DNA of 62,424 nt, counting the filler. It is 10 parts of 10 records of this genome, joined end to end, with 100 filler letters (N's around TTAATTAATTAA, not from the genome) between each part and the next. Parts side by side here need not be neighbours in the genome. Positions count along the whole stretch, not along the records: positions 45,799 to 58,692 come from SRR7504441_625; 9 more parts are not named here. The stretch is one strand, 5' to 3'. This document shows, in pieces, positions 46,070-57,184 of the stretch; position 1 is the stretch's first letter, and each line of letters begins with the position of its first letter. Position numbers and translations under genes: made by a program. The notes beneath the pieces are model-generated. The model had not been told where the DNA came from. It saw nothing but the letters and a program-made list of their open reading frames with translations, and did not search any database.

Positions 46070-49000
46070 CTAATATCGCGGCGTCGCTCTAGCTTCAGCA
46101 ATCGACGAGAGCATCTCCGACCGCCCCGACCGGCCCATCAAATCAAACATCGCCGTCATCTCCTGCCCACCCGTTTGTGCGGACCTGGCCTGGCTGGTGA
46201 CCTCCTCGGTGGCCAGCTCGAGCAGCTCACTCCGCCGCTCCGGATCCAACTCGTTGAACACCTGATCAAACCGCTGGCCTACTCGCCCCGGCAGGGCTCG
46301 CACCAGCACCATGTCAGGCACTGCCATGGCGTCAAGCATGGCCTGCCGCTCGTCCACCGTCAGCTCGTCCCACAGCCTCCGCCGCTCGTCCGCCGTGCCC
46401 GCATACGGTTGCCAGGTCGCCTGGTTCGTGCTACCGGTCCGGCCGCCCATCATTCGCCTGAGATTCGACCTTCAGCAAGCGAGCACCAGACCGGCCTTAT
46501 CCTACCGGACGTACTCGTGCCCAGCCTTGAGTACGAGGCACTCGGTGTTGGCCAGCAGGATGCCTGCGTTCGCCCTGTGCTCGACCCCATGGACCCTGCT
46601 CCAGTCTTGCATCTGGCACTCCCGACTGCAGTAACATATCGACTTGCACTCGGTGCACCGGCTGAGCGTCTGCACTGCTGTCAGTCGCCTGCCTCAGGCC
46701 GGGCTGTGCCTTGTTCGCGCGCTTTAGCTCATGCTCTGTCCTGTTGCACTGGGCGCACCGCGAAGGGAAGTCCGGGTTCTGTCCACAGTCACCCCGGCCG
46801 CAACTAAACGGCAAACACCGGGACTCGAAGCAACAACCGCTGCTTGCGCACCAACCCGCGACCAGGCCCCCGGGCGAGCGCTGACTTGGGCAGTGAAGGC
46901 CGGTCCAACTCGTTTCGCCACTGCATTCCTCGACTGGCCTGATCCGCGGGAGGGTTTCTCATCTCAGAGGGCTGCCCGCACGCCCTGACACTCCTAGCAT
47001 ACCGCCGGTCCGCATCGAGCAAGCCCGTCTGCTGCACCCGCCACTTGCTTTCCAGCGCCCGCGCCGAGGCACTGGTGGCCGCCGCCTCCGTCTGCAGCTT
47101 CCTGAGTGCCCGCCAGAGCGCAGCTTGGGCCCCTCCGAGCACCTGAGCCGCCTCGTCCGCATACTGCATGATATCAGCATCCACCATCGCATCGTACCTG
47201 CGGGCCCGCCAGCAAGCCATCCCGCCTGCCAGCATCCTGCTGGCCCAATGATCGCAGGCGGCCGTGTACATGAGCTCAAATGCCGACGGCGACTTTCCCG
47301 GGCTCATCTGCCGCTCAAGCCTGCTGCCGTCATCCAGGAGCCGATCTAGAAGCTCCTCAGTCGGTCTAGCCGGCCCACCGTACGCAGAAATATTCCGATT
47401 GGACTGGTAGGCTGCGGAGAGCTCCTCTGCCACGTAAGCAGCAGGCTCCGGTACTGTGGTGCGTTGGGCGCGCACCGGATTGGCTGCTCTTGCTCTGGTC
47501 ATGCCGCCACTCCGCTGCTGACTATCCTGCGGCTCGTCCTCATCCGAGGCCAAGGCGCTCAGCATGAGAACAGGGACCACGCTGCGTTGGGGCTCGTCCT
47601 GCTCATCCGAATGCCACTCGCTGAAATTCTCGCGCCACCGCGCACCACGGAACCAACTTTTCGAGCCAGAGTCGGAGCCAGCCACCGGCGTGGGTTTAGA
47701 CCTGGCAGCCCGAGCAATTGTCGGGGGTGCACGCACATAGCTCCGGGCTCCGGCCCCTGCTGAGCTCATAACCCTGTTGAGCTCTTTGCGAAGCCGGCCC
47801 AGCCTAGCCGCCGACCTGATGTGTCCCCCCCGCGGGTCAGATCCAAGATCTTGCACGCTCATCCGCACATCCGACCACCCAATCGCTCTGTTGTACTCAT
47901 CCAGTTCAGCAGCGTACTCCCTTCTGGGGCGGCCAGCCTCCGCATCCGTCTTCAACTGCCTCAGCGCCCTCGCTCGCGCAGCCTCCTCCCTCCGACTCTG
48001 GAGCTGCTCCATACGTGCTGAGTCGTTTTGCATCCTCACAAGCGCAGCTTCCTCCCTCCGGCTCTGGACCAACTCCACACGTGCTGATTCGGTTTTTAGC
48101 CTCACGAGCGTCTGCAGCCGCTGTGCCTCCTCCCAGTAGCCCACAGCCCATCTCTCCGGGACAGCCAACTCAGCCTCGGTTCTCAGGCCACCGAGTGCAC
48201 GTAGCTGCTGCGTGTCCTCCCAGTAGCCTACAGACCACTCCTCGAGCGCAGTAGACTGCAGCGCTGATCCAGCCTCATTCCGCATCCTCCCAAGCGCCCG
48301 GAGTAACACGGTTTCCTGCCAGTAGCCTACAGCCCAATCCAGGTGGCATTCTGACACCATGTTTACCCGCAGCCAATACAGACCAGAGCGTCGCATGCGC
48401 AGCCTCCAAGCTGCCTCAGCATACCGTGTGATATCCGAATTCACCAGTGCATCGTACCTACGGGCCCGCCATCCCGCCATCCCACCGGCCAGCACCACAC
48501 CGCCCGCCAGCTGCCCCGCGTATTGCTCGGTCGCCTGCATGTTGAGATCCGAATATTCTCCAACCAGCTCCCGCAACACCTTCCCAAAGCTGCCCCCGCG
48601 CTGTCGGCGCAGCGCGGCCTGCCGCTCGGCCGTGCGGACCATGCCAGCCCGCCAGCATCCTCCCCGGTACCTAGTCCACTGATCCATCTTCTGCTCCTGG
48701 GCCGCCTCATATAGATCTACAAACCGCTCCCTCCATCGCATCCCAGACCGCAGCCCGTCATCCACCCGCCTCGACTTGCGACGCCGCCACCTGCACTCGG
48801 CCACCCATTCTCCAGCCACAGACGCCCCAGCCACCGCCTCCAGGTAACCCGAAACCGCGTCCATGTGCAACCGAGTCGGGCCCAGCGCCGCGCGCCGCCA
48901 CCGCGCCACCACCAGCCGTCTCAGCCAGCTCATCAGCTCCTGCTGGTCGGCCCGCGCCAGCTCACAGTTGGCGCGGTACTCCCGAAGCGCCGGGGCCAGT

Positions 49001-50242
49001 TCCCGCCAGCCGCGCAGCCAGGCCAAGCGCGCCCGGCTGTTGGCCAACTTTGCGCCCGCCAGCTCCCACCGCTCCCCCTCTGCCCGGTATCGGCGCATCC
49101 TGAACTTGGTGAGCCCGTTGAGCAGCCCTGCCCGCCGCTCCGGCCCAGCCCGGGCCCGGGGCCGCACCGGCGTTGTACCAGAACTCGGTAGCTAAGTCCA
49201 GGAGCACCGCCTCGCCTTGCTGAGCGAGCTCAGCCGCGCTCACCGCCTCGGCCTGCCAAAGCTGGCCCTGCCGGACAACGCTCGGCGCCCGCACCGGCCG
49301 GGCGCGCACCGGGCTGCTGTCGGCCGGCATCCGCACCCCCGGCTGGCTGGGCCAGGCGCGGGCTGCCCTGTGCTGCCCGTGAGGCCCACCGGAGGAATTG
49401 ACTGCAACGGGCGGAGCTTGCGGTTGAAGTCCTTGCGGGTTGGTCGCCTCTAGATCTAGCTCGCCCTGCTGCAGCCGAAGCTCGAGCAGCGAGCCCGGCA
49501 TGGCAGCCGCCGTACAGCGAGCTAGCTGATCCAGAGCAGCCTCAAACTCGCCCGGCTCGCGTGGCATCCACTTGTCCAAGATTTGCACAAACCGCTCCCG
49601 ATCCACCCCGTAGCTCTGGGGATCAGACCCAAGCCCGTCCCGAGCCACTCGCTCTATCAGTTCGGAAGCCCATTTGCTGGTGACTTTGCTGCACCGCAGG
49701 ATCCTCCTCAGCTCGGCTGAGTGGAGAGTGCCGTCGCCATCGAGGTCGAACAGCCTAAACACCCGGCCCAGCTCGGCCAGCCGACGCCGCTCCGGGCTGC
49801 GCGCTCGCCGACCGGCCGCCGCCTCGGCTGCAGGGCCCGAGTCGGCTGACTGCTGGCGTGGAGTGGCCAGGTTGCCCCCGGCGAGCAGCTCACGCAGGTC
49901 AGAGCCTCGGGCCGGTGGCGGGCGGGGGGGCGGGTCGGCCCGGGAGACGAACCAGGGTCGCTGCAGCCACTTGGGCGACCGGAACCACGCGGTTGGCTCC
50001 GGGCTGGCGTCGGGGCTGGCGTTTGGGCTGGGCCCGTTCGGCGGGCTGACAGGTTGGATCTCCATCCCGGCGCCGAACCCAGACCCGATGCTCGAGGCGG
50101 CAAGGCTGGGCTCGCGCCCGGGCCGGGCCAGTGGCTGGTCGAGTAGTTCGAGTTGGTCGTCGTTGACTGGGGGCGCAGAGCTCCAAGCCCGGCCTGCTCG
50201 AGGGCGGCTCCTGCTCCTGCGGTTGAACCAGCGGGCGGCCAT
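46070..50242 (-). CDS. Large protein: EF-hand, Sfi1-like Trp repeats and MYND zinc finger (at least 4 introns)
   Basis: FDLDGDGTLHSAEL. Repeats such as ACDHWASRMLAGGMACWR. Spliced C-terminus CAQC...SRCTECKSICYCSRECQMQDWSRVH, continuing into ORF 46070-46453. Confidence 0.65.
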
Positions 50243-50560
50243 CGGGTCCGACCCGCGGTTCGGCGGAGAAGGATCAAGCCCCAGCCGGCGGACGAGGGCG
50301 CGACCTCTCAAGCGGCCGCCACCACCAAGCGGGCTGCTGCGCGAAAGCAATCCACAACAGCCCCGAAACGGCTTGATTGATCCTATCGACTGACAGTTGA
50401 CGGAGCTGCTTGATCAATGCGATCATAATAAGTGCATGACAAACGTGTTGAAACGTGTGATAAACGTGGACAATTCAGATCGGGCTTATATATCACGAAC
50501 AGAGGCGGCCTACGTGTGGAACCCTAGGCGGTATTTTAACATAAACACGCTCTCCCTAAA

Positions 50561-52093
50561 TTATGTGATGGTGAAATATTCAGTTTTAAACCCGCCGTGC
50601 GTTCTGCGTAGCTCGATCACTTGCTCCGGCGGCTTGGAGCAGCCGCCCTTGCCGTGCCCGTGCCCCGGGACCGCCAAATAAGGCATCTGTTCGACACCAA
50701 CTCCGTTGAAGTAGGCCACGATCACTCTGAGCACCGCCTTGTTCACAACCAACATCACAGACGGTTTGAGCTGCTCAAGCACCAAGATCACCTCGTGCAG
50801 CCGCATGATCATGTCCTGGTAGCTCTCGCCGCCCACCCCCGGGAACCTGTAGTGTAGCTTATCCTTCTGCCGGGCCGCCCACTCGGCGGGGTAGCTTTCT
50901 TCTATCTGGGCATACGACATCGAATCAAGTTCACCAGCACACATCTCGTTCAGCCCTCTCATGCCCACCGCCACCCGCCGGCTCGCCCCTGCTAGTAGCA
51001 TCCGCATCTGCACGTCCCTCTGAAGCGTGCCACTCAGCACCAGCGTCTGGTCGCACTCGGGCTGCTCGCCACGCACCACACCCTCCCTTTGCTCTAGGAA
51101 CACACTCAGCCTGTGGCCCCACGCCTCGCCGGCGGCGGTGAGGGTAGGATCCCCCCCGAGCAGCCCCTTTATGTCGTTGTGGGTCTCGCCCACCAGCGCC
51201 AGCCAAATCGTCCGCGGCTGCAGATGAACTCTCTGCAGCAGGCTCGCAATCTGTGCTGAGACTAGCCCACCTGAGGTGCTGCAGTTGTTGAACTCAAGCT
51301 TGCGGCCGGCGTCGTGCATCTTGATATAGGCCACCTTGCCCGCGTCCTCGTGGTCAGCCACTGGCTCGTACACTCTCCGGTAGGCCTCAACCCGCCGGTG
51401 GAAATCCTCGAGTGCCAGCCTGGGCTCCATATGCTTGTAATCAGCGTTCCCGAGCTTCAATCTATAATTAGACTGGAGCAGCGCCTCGTCCTCGCACAGC
51501 GACTCCACGAATATCACCTTGACCTGCGGATTGGCCCGCCGCACCTCCGCTAGCACTGAGCTCCGTCGGGCCTGGGTGGTGTTGGTCGCATCGAATATCG
51601 CCAGCGCCGTCCGGTCGTTGTGGCTCTCTAGCCAGTCAATCAGCTCGCTGAGAGTCTCCATGGCGATCTGCTCCTTCAGCGCGTGCGCCGCCTTGTTGCT
51701 GCTGTCATAAAAGTCTGCCATGGCTCCGGCCTTGCCCTCGGCCCGCCGCTTCTGGCCGGCGTTGAAGATCTGGCAGTGGCAGCCGAACCAGTTCAAATAT
51801 CTGTGCAGGGCCGCGGAGATGTAGCTCTTGCCGCGGGCGGGCAGCCCGACCATCACCAGGATCTGCTTCTCGGTGGCGAAGCTCGGCTCGTGTAGCTCGA
51901 GGGGCGACACCGACCACTTGCTCAGGCTGGCCCGGCTCAGGGCAGACCCGATCCTGAGGAGGCACGGGCGCTGCGAGGCTGGGCTGCGCACCCGGGCCAG
52001 GGCCTTGGGCAATAGCCGCCGCAATATCCTCAGCGCAGCCGCCCCCAACGCTGCGGCGGCGGCCCCCCGCAGGACTGATCGCATGTTGCTCAT
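50561..52093 (-). CDS. 6-phosphofructo-2-kinase/fructose-2,6-bisphosphatase with degenerate phosphatase domain (intronless)
   Basis: MVGLPARGKSY, FNAG, AIFDATNTT, FVESLC. Phosphatase domain LNEMCAG and GESYQD present, but RHG is replaced by LVG. Confidence 0.9.
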   Translation of the reverse strand: MSNMRSVLRGAAAAALGAAALRILRRLLPKALARVRSPASQRPCLLRIGSALSRASLSKWSVSPLELHEPSFATEKQILVMVGLPARGKSYISAALHRYLNWFGCHCQIFNAGQKRRAEGKAGAMADFYDSSNKAAHALKEQIAMETLSELIDWLESHNDRTALAIFDATNTTQARRSSVLAEVRRANPQVKVIFVESLCEDEALLQSNYRLKLGNADYKHMEPRLALEDFHRRVEAYRRVYEPVADHEDAGKVAYIKMHDAGRKLEFNNCSTSGGLVSAQIASLLQRVHLQPRTIWLALVGETHNDIKGLLGGDPTLTAAGEAWGHRLSVFLEQREGVVRGEQPECDQTLVLSGTLQRDVQMRMLLAGASRRVAVGMRGLNEMCAGELDSMSYAQIEESYPAEWAARQKDKLHYRFPGVGGESYQDMIMRLHEVILVLEQLKPSVMLVVNKAVLRVIVAYFNGVGVEQMPYLAVPGHGHGKGGCSKPPEQVIELRRTHGGFKTEYFTIT

Positions 52094-52151
52094 CAGACCG
52101 GCAACTGCTAATAAAAAATCGGCAAAAATCAGGTGCCCACAGCTCAAAAGC

Positions 52152-52653
52152 ATGAGCGCGGAGGCGCCTGCGCCGGGGGCGTGGGACCGGCTGCCGGACC
52201 AGCAGCTTCAGGTGAGCTGCCCGTGGGGGCAGGCCGAGCCGCTGGGCAGTGCTTGCTGGCCTGGTACGGCCTGAGGGAGCGGATGCCGCGGCCGAGCGCC
52301 GCATACCAGCTGGACAGGGTCTTCAGCGCCGGCGCAGCACCGCACCACCCCCTGGGGCGAGCTGGGCGGGCAGGCGCGCTGTCGGAGCGCGAGCGGATCG
52401 GACTGTGGATCCGGTCGCAGCCGCGGTTGTTGGAGCAAGTGCTGTGTGGACAGGTGGCGGCGGGCAAGCGGCGGGTGGCAGGGGGGGGGGCAGCTGGTGC
52501 AGCTGGAGGAGATCAGCCACGGGCTGGAGGCCGCGGGCTGCCCGGTGCCCGACCCCAGACTGCGGCTCTACCTGGATCAGCAGGCGCGGCCGGCAAGGAC
52601 TAGCCGAGTCTGGGGGGCAGGGGGTAGCATACAAGAAGAGGGCCAGGCGGTGA
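52152..52653 (+). CDS. Minimal SLX4-like protein (SAP-like helix plus conserved C-terminal domain), 3-4 introns
   Basis: Spliced: WDRLPDQQLQCLLAWYGLR...IGLWIRSQPRLLEQVLCGQLVQLEEISHGLEAAGCPVPDPRLRLYLDQQGVAY resembles the SLX4 SAP and CCD. Confidence 0.6.
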
Positions 52654-52826
52654 GGGCTTTTCATACTTCCAACATAAATAGCATTAGATGGACCCTCGCG
52701 CGGTGGAGCGCATCCTGATAGCTCTGGTCCCAAGATACCGCTTAACCGTTCTAAAAATGATTTCAATCAAGTATAAACAATCTAAAAAGATGAGCGGATC
52801 AATGCCATGCCACCATGCCCCGAGAA

Positions 52827-53900
52827 TCAGTGCCCCACCGGCGCAGCAATCAGCCCAGCCAGTTCCATCCCCGTGGCCAAGTCCTTCAACGTCTGTCCAA
52901 GCGTCTGCACACTCCTGGCAAGCATCTGGCGCCCCCCCTTGTCCCGCAGCGCCTCCGCCACCGCCTCCCCATCGGTCAAGTCCGTCCACTCCTCCAAGGT
53001 CACCGGGCGCAGCGCCTGCACCATCGCGCTCTGCAGGGCCGCGTCACAGTGCTGCGAGAGCAGCGACATTCGGTCGTGCATCCCATCGTACGAGCCTTCA
53101 CAGCCGGCTGCGGCCTTGAGCCCGACAGCCGCCCGGTCCATCGCACGGCGCTGCTGCTCGTCCACCAACCCAGCCCGCGCCAGCCCATCCACGCACCCGG
53201 CCAGGGCCAGGCTTGCCGCGGCAGACCCGGGTGTGCTGCTTCGAATCGATGGTAGCTCGAACCGATCTCCACCGAACCGATGGTAGCTCGCGCCGGCTCT
53301 GCTGTTCTCAGCGTCCACGGCCTCTGCCACTGCCCGGGCCAGGGCCTGCTCCAGCAGCCGCGCCCCCCGGCTCCCCTCCTCCACGCACCAGTAGGCCGCG
53401 GCCGCCTTGGCCGAGTGCGAGTCTTCCAACGACCAGTCGCCGTCCTCCCCGTTCAGGGCCTCGAACAACGCCCGCGAGAAGTCCCAGCAGCTCGGCTCGC
53501 GTATCACCGCCCGCAGCCGGGTCGACAGGTCGGTATCCTGCTCGATCGTCACCCCGCCGGTCAGCCGGCCGTCCACGGCTAAGCAAAGACTCCGCTCGAG
53601 CTTGGCGAGCTGCCCGCCCGCGGACGGGGGGAGCTGCCGGACCGCCCCGCAGCCGAAGCGGATCTCTAGATGATCCATCCGCCAGATCGGGCCCGCGGGT
53701 AGCCCGGCCCCCGCCACTGCCGCGGCCGTGGCGGGGTCTTGCTGGATTTGGGCCAGCTGGGCTTGGTCCAGCGGCCGCCAGTGGCTGCGGGTACATCTAC
53801 GCTTGGTACGCGGGCTCGGGCTGCGGCGACTGAAGCGACTGCGGCGGTGCGGCGAGCGCCACGGGCTCCGGCTCCGGCCGTAAGGGCTCGGGCTGCGCAT
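52827..53900 (-). CDS. Hypothetical protein with Arg/Ser/Pro-rich N-terminus
   Basis: Open frame of about 357 aa from MRSPSPYGRSRSP. GC-rich coding-like composition, no family recognised. Confidence 0.55.
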   Translation of the reverse strand: MRSPSPYGRSRSPWRSPHRRSRFSRRSPSPRTKRRCTRSHWRPLDQAQLAQIQQDPATAAAVAGAGLPAGPIWRMDHLEIRFGCGAVRQLPPSAGGQLAKLERSLCLAVDGRLTGGVTIEQDTDLSTRLRAVIREPSCWDFSRALFEALNGEDGDWSLEDSHSAKAAAAYWCVEEGSRGARLLEQALARAVAEAVDAENSRAGASYHRFGGDRFELPSIRSSTPGSAAASLALAGCVDGLARAGLVDEQQRRAMDRAAVGLKAAAGCEGSYDGMHDRMSLLSQHCDAALQSAMVQALRPVTLEEWTDLTDGEAVAEALRDKGGRQMLARSVQTLGQTLKDLATGMELAGLIAAPVGH

Positions 53901-53982
53901 TTCGTCGCTGGCGAGCTGGCCGCCGGGTCGAACCCAGGAGAGTGATCGGGAGCTGAACCAGCGCCCATCGGATCCGTTACTC

Positions 53983-55287
53983 ATGGCACAGGCCGAAGGA
54001 GCCGCTCCGCCCGAGCTGAGCGTGGTGATGCCGGTGTACAACGCGCTGCCGTGGCTGGGTCGGGCGGTGCGGGACGTTCTGTACCAGACTGGCCCCCCGC
54101 TCGAGCTGCTGGTGGTCGACGACGGCTCCACCGACGGCTCCTGGGATTGGCTGCTGCAGCTGGTCGCGGCGCTCGGGCCCGCCGCCGAGCTCGACCCGGA
54201 GGCCGAGAGCACCCGGCAGCTGAAGCGGCGCAAGCGGGCCAAGATTAATCCCGCCGCCGCGCTGGGCGACAGGGCCGAGCCTGCGGCGGCCGAGGAGCCG
54301 GAGCCGCCCAGTGGGATGAGTGCGGCGGAGGTGGCGGCGGAGGCCCAGCCGGGGCACAGGCTGCGGCTACTGTCCGTGGGCGGGGAGGGCCAGGGCCGGG
54401 CGATGAGCCTCGGATTGGAGCGGGCCAGCTGCGCGCTGATTGGCCAAATGGAATCGGATGACGAGCGGCCGCCCGACGCCTTCGCTCAGCTACTCGAAGG
54501 GTACCGAGCGGCCGAGCGCGACGGCGTGCACGCTGTGTGCTCGCAGGCGCCCACCGTCTGAGTGCAGGGCTGACACGGGTGCAGGTGGCTCTCTGTGGGT
54601 TCGAGCGCGCTGGCATGAGTAAATACATCAAGTGGCAGAATTCGCTCATCTCAACCGACCAAATGCGGCAGCAGCGCTTTGTTGAAATCCCGGCGCTGCA
54701 CCAGACCTGCGTGTACCCGTCTGAGCTGGTCAGACCAGGCGGCTTGGGCGCGGGCAGCGGGCGCAGGTGCGGCAAGTCGGAGGATACCGGGACCTGCCTG
54801 AATGGCCAGTCGACATGGACTTTTGGATGCGTTGGTTTGAAGGCACGGCCGCTGCTTGTTTGGCCGGCGAGTGGGGCGGGCAGCTGGGCTGAGCTGTCGG
54901 AAGCTTCCGGTCGAGCTGTACACCTGGAGGCAGCACGAGCACCAAGGCACTCGGACTAACCAGCGGTGCTCTCTCGCCAACTTGAGACAATGCAAGATCC
55001 ACTTTTTGGCCCGTTCGGTGCTCAAGCCGTACGCCACTGTGCAGGTGTGGTCCACCGGGGAGACGCTTGAGGCCTGGTGCACCGAGCTGGCGGCCGCGGA
55101 GGGTGCACCTAAGGTGGTCCGCGTGGCTTGGAACAGCAAGGAGGCGGTGCCCGGGGTCGGGGTAGTGGACGAGGCCGGGGGGCGGGTGGCGAGACTGTTT
55201 GCGTTCGGGGAGCCCAAGGCCCGGCGGAGGGTGCAGGCCACTGTCCGGCCCAAGTTTGATCCAGCACACGATTGGTTTGTCGCCTGA
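53983..55287 (+). CDS. Glycosyltransferase family 2 (B3GNTL1-like), 3 introns
   Basis: LSVVMPVYNALPWL, ELLVVDDGSTDGS, MESDD, YIKWQNSL, HQT, VGGY, DMDFW, LYTWRQH. Confidence 0.82.
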
Positions 55288-55507
55288 AGAGCGAATGACG
55301 TTGTAAATAATGATGCACCGATGCACAATGACGCGTTAATGACGCGTGTACAGTACCAGTATTTGCACATGTAACAATTGCACATGTACATTTATTTTTA
55401 TTTTAAATGTTGATCAGCATTGTCAGTTCGAGTGTAAGTGAAATGCTCGAGCGCTATCAATCATGCATCCATATGCATGGTCTCATAACGTTAGACTGTC
55501 TTTGCAT

Positions 55508-56929
55508 TCACAATTGTTGAACAAGCTGCGCCTGGGGTGTCTCGAAATCATTCACCGTGTAGCTTTGCAGCCAAGTGGCGTTCCATTTGGCCAGGTAGGC
55601 CTCCAGCTTCTTCCGGCTCGTCCCGGGCTGCACGCATATCTCAGCCCCACAGCCCTTCCCGCAAAAGCTCGTCCCAGAGCCTTGTGTGCCTTCACACTTG
55701 CCCAGCGCCGGACCCTGGCAGGCCAGATGGTACGGCGTCACGGTCTGCGCGTGGTAATGGTACGCCACGTCCCAGTCTTCAGGGTCAGTCGCACTCCCGT
55801 TTGGCCCTGCAGGTGGAATAGGACCAAACTGCCCTCCACACTCGTCCAGAACCGGGGCCGCCCCGCCAACGTCCGAATAGGTGTAGATCCCGAAGCCGTC
55901 ATTTGCGTACCCATACAGCCCGCCGTGAGTGTGTGGCGTGCCGCCGTGTGATACAGGGATGGCCTGCTTCTTGAACGGAGGCGTGCAATCAGCGGGCTTG
56001 TGGTAGTGATACTGCGGCCAGGCGTCTACCGGCGGGGTGACGTGTCCACCACACATCAGCTGGAAGCCAGCCTCGTCCACATTCACCGCGCCTGCGTCGT
56101 TCGGCCCCTGGATGACCACTCCATTGAGTGCCACACCCACCGCCGGCCCGATGTTATGGTATCCGGAGTCTACTGAGCCGTACATATCGCCCGGCCGGTC
56201 GGCCCGGGTCGGGTTGCCCTCGATCGGGATCTTGAGCCAATTCACTTGCGGCACCCAGACGTCGCCGTATGCAGTGAAGCCATAGCTGGTGCTGGTGCCG
56301 CATAGCAGGGTTGGGAAAGGACACGGCTCTCCGGCAATGCAGTAGCCCTGGCCGATGGAGAACGGGCAGTACGGGTTGAAGTAGTAGTCCGGGACGTTGT
56401 TCGAGTATATGTACCGGTACGCGCTGTCGTTCCGGTGGACTACGCAGTTGCCCCAGGCCCCGACAGAGCCGTTTGTGTCGCCCTTAGTCCAAGCCTCGCT
56501 CACCGCCAGCGGGGAGTACTTGTTGCCGTACTTGTCGCCCTTGTTCACCCCGGCCCAGGTCATCCCCGACACTGACCCGTTCGGGTGAGCCTGCTGGAAA
56601 CAGTCGTCGCTCAGCCAGCCGTAGCTGCCGCCGAGCGCATCGGCCGTGAAGCCCAGATGGACTGGCAACTCGATCGGTTGGGTGTACGCGTTGCAGAGCC
56701 GCCCGCTCGGGCCGCGGACGCCGTTGTGGCAGGCCTCCCGCTCTTCCGACGTGATTTGTCGGGTCGCTTCGGGCCCGGAGTATCGCGTGGTGTATTGTTT
56801 GCCGTGCAGCGCATCCCAAGGGTTGGGCTGCCGGTTGTACCGGTGGAAGTCGCTGGCCCGTGGCACGATGGCCTGTGTGATGACCAGGATGGAGGCGACG
56901 AGCGCCAGGAGGAGGAGGAGTTGGGGCAT
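55508..56929 (-). CDS. Secreted YHYH-domain protein (intronless)
   Basis: Signal peptide, GVALNGV, CGGH, QYHYH, GYANDGFGIY, LDECGG, AYHYH. Confidence 0.85.
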   Translation of the reverse strand: MPQLLLLLALVASILVITQAIVPRASDFHRYNRQPNPWDALHGKQYTTRYSGPEATRQITSEEREACHNGVRGPSGRLCNAYTQPIELPVHLGFTADALGGSYGWLSDDCFQQAHPNGSVSGMTWAGVNKGDKYGNKYSPLAVSEAWTKGDTNGSVGAWGNCVVHRNDSAYRYIYSNNVPDYYFNPYCPFSIGQGYCIAGEPCPFPTLLCGTSTSYGFTAYGDVWVPQVNWLKIPIEGNPTRADRPGDMYGSVDSGYHNIGPAVGVALNGVVIQGPNDAGAVNVDEAGFQLMCGGHVTPPVDAWPQYHYHKPADCTPPFKKQAIPVSHGGTPHTHGGLYGYANDGFGIYTYSDVGGAAPVLDECGGQFGPIPPAGPNGSATDPEDWDVAYHYHAQTVTPYHLACQGPALGKCEGTQGSGTSFCGKGCGAEICVQPGTSRKKLEAYLAKWNATWLQSYTVNDFETPQAQLVQQL

Positions 56930-57184
56930 TTTGGCTGGAGCGTGTTGGGCTTAACCACAGCTTCACCCACCCAGTGACGCATTGTTAAGATTCCGTTACG
57001 AGACTGCGCAGAGAGTCACCAGAGAGCTGCCGCAATCGTTGATAGTCGTTGCGCATGCCGACAGGGTACGTTCGTATAGACAGGGTAGCATGGGGGCATG
57101 CATCGACTAGCGCCCGTCTGGGTATATACCTGTGGGCCTTGTAGATGCTTAAGATTCGAATTTCTAAACACACACGCAAATAAA

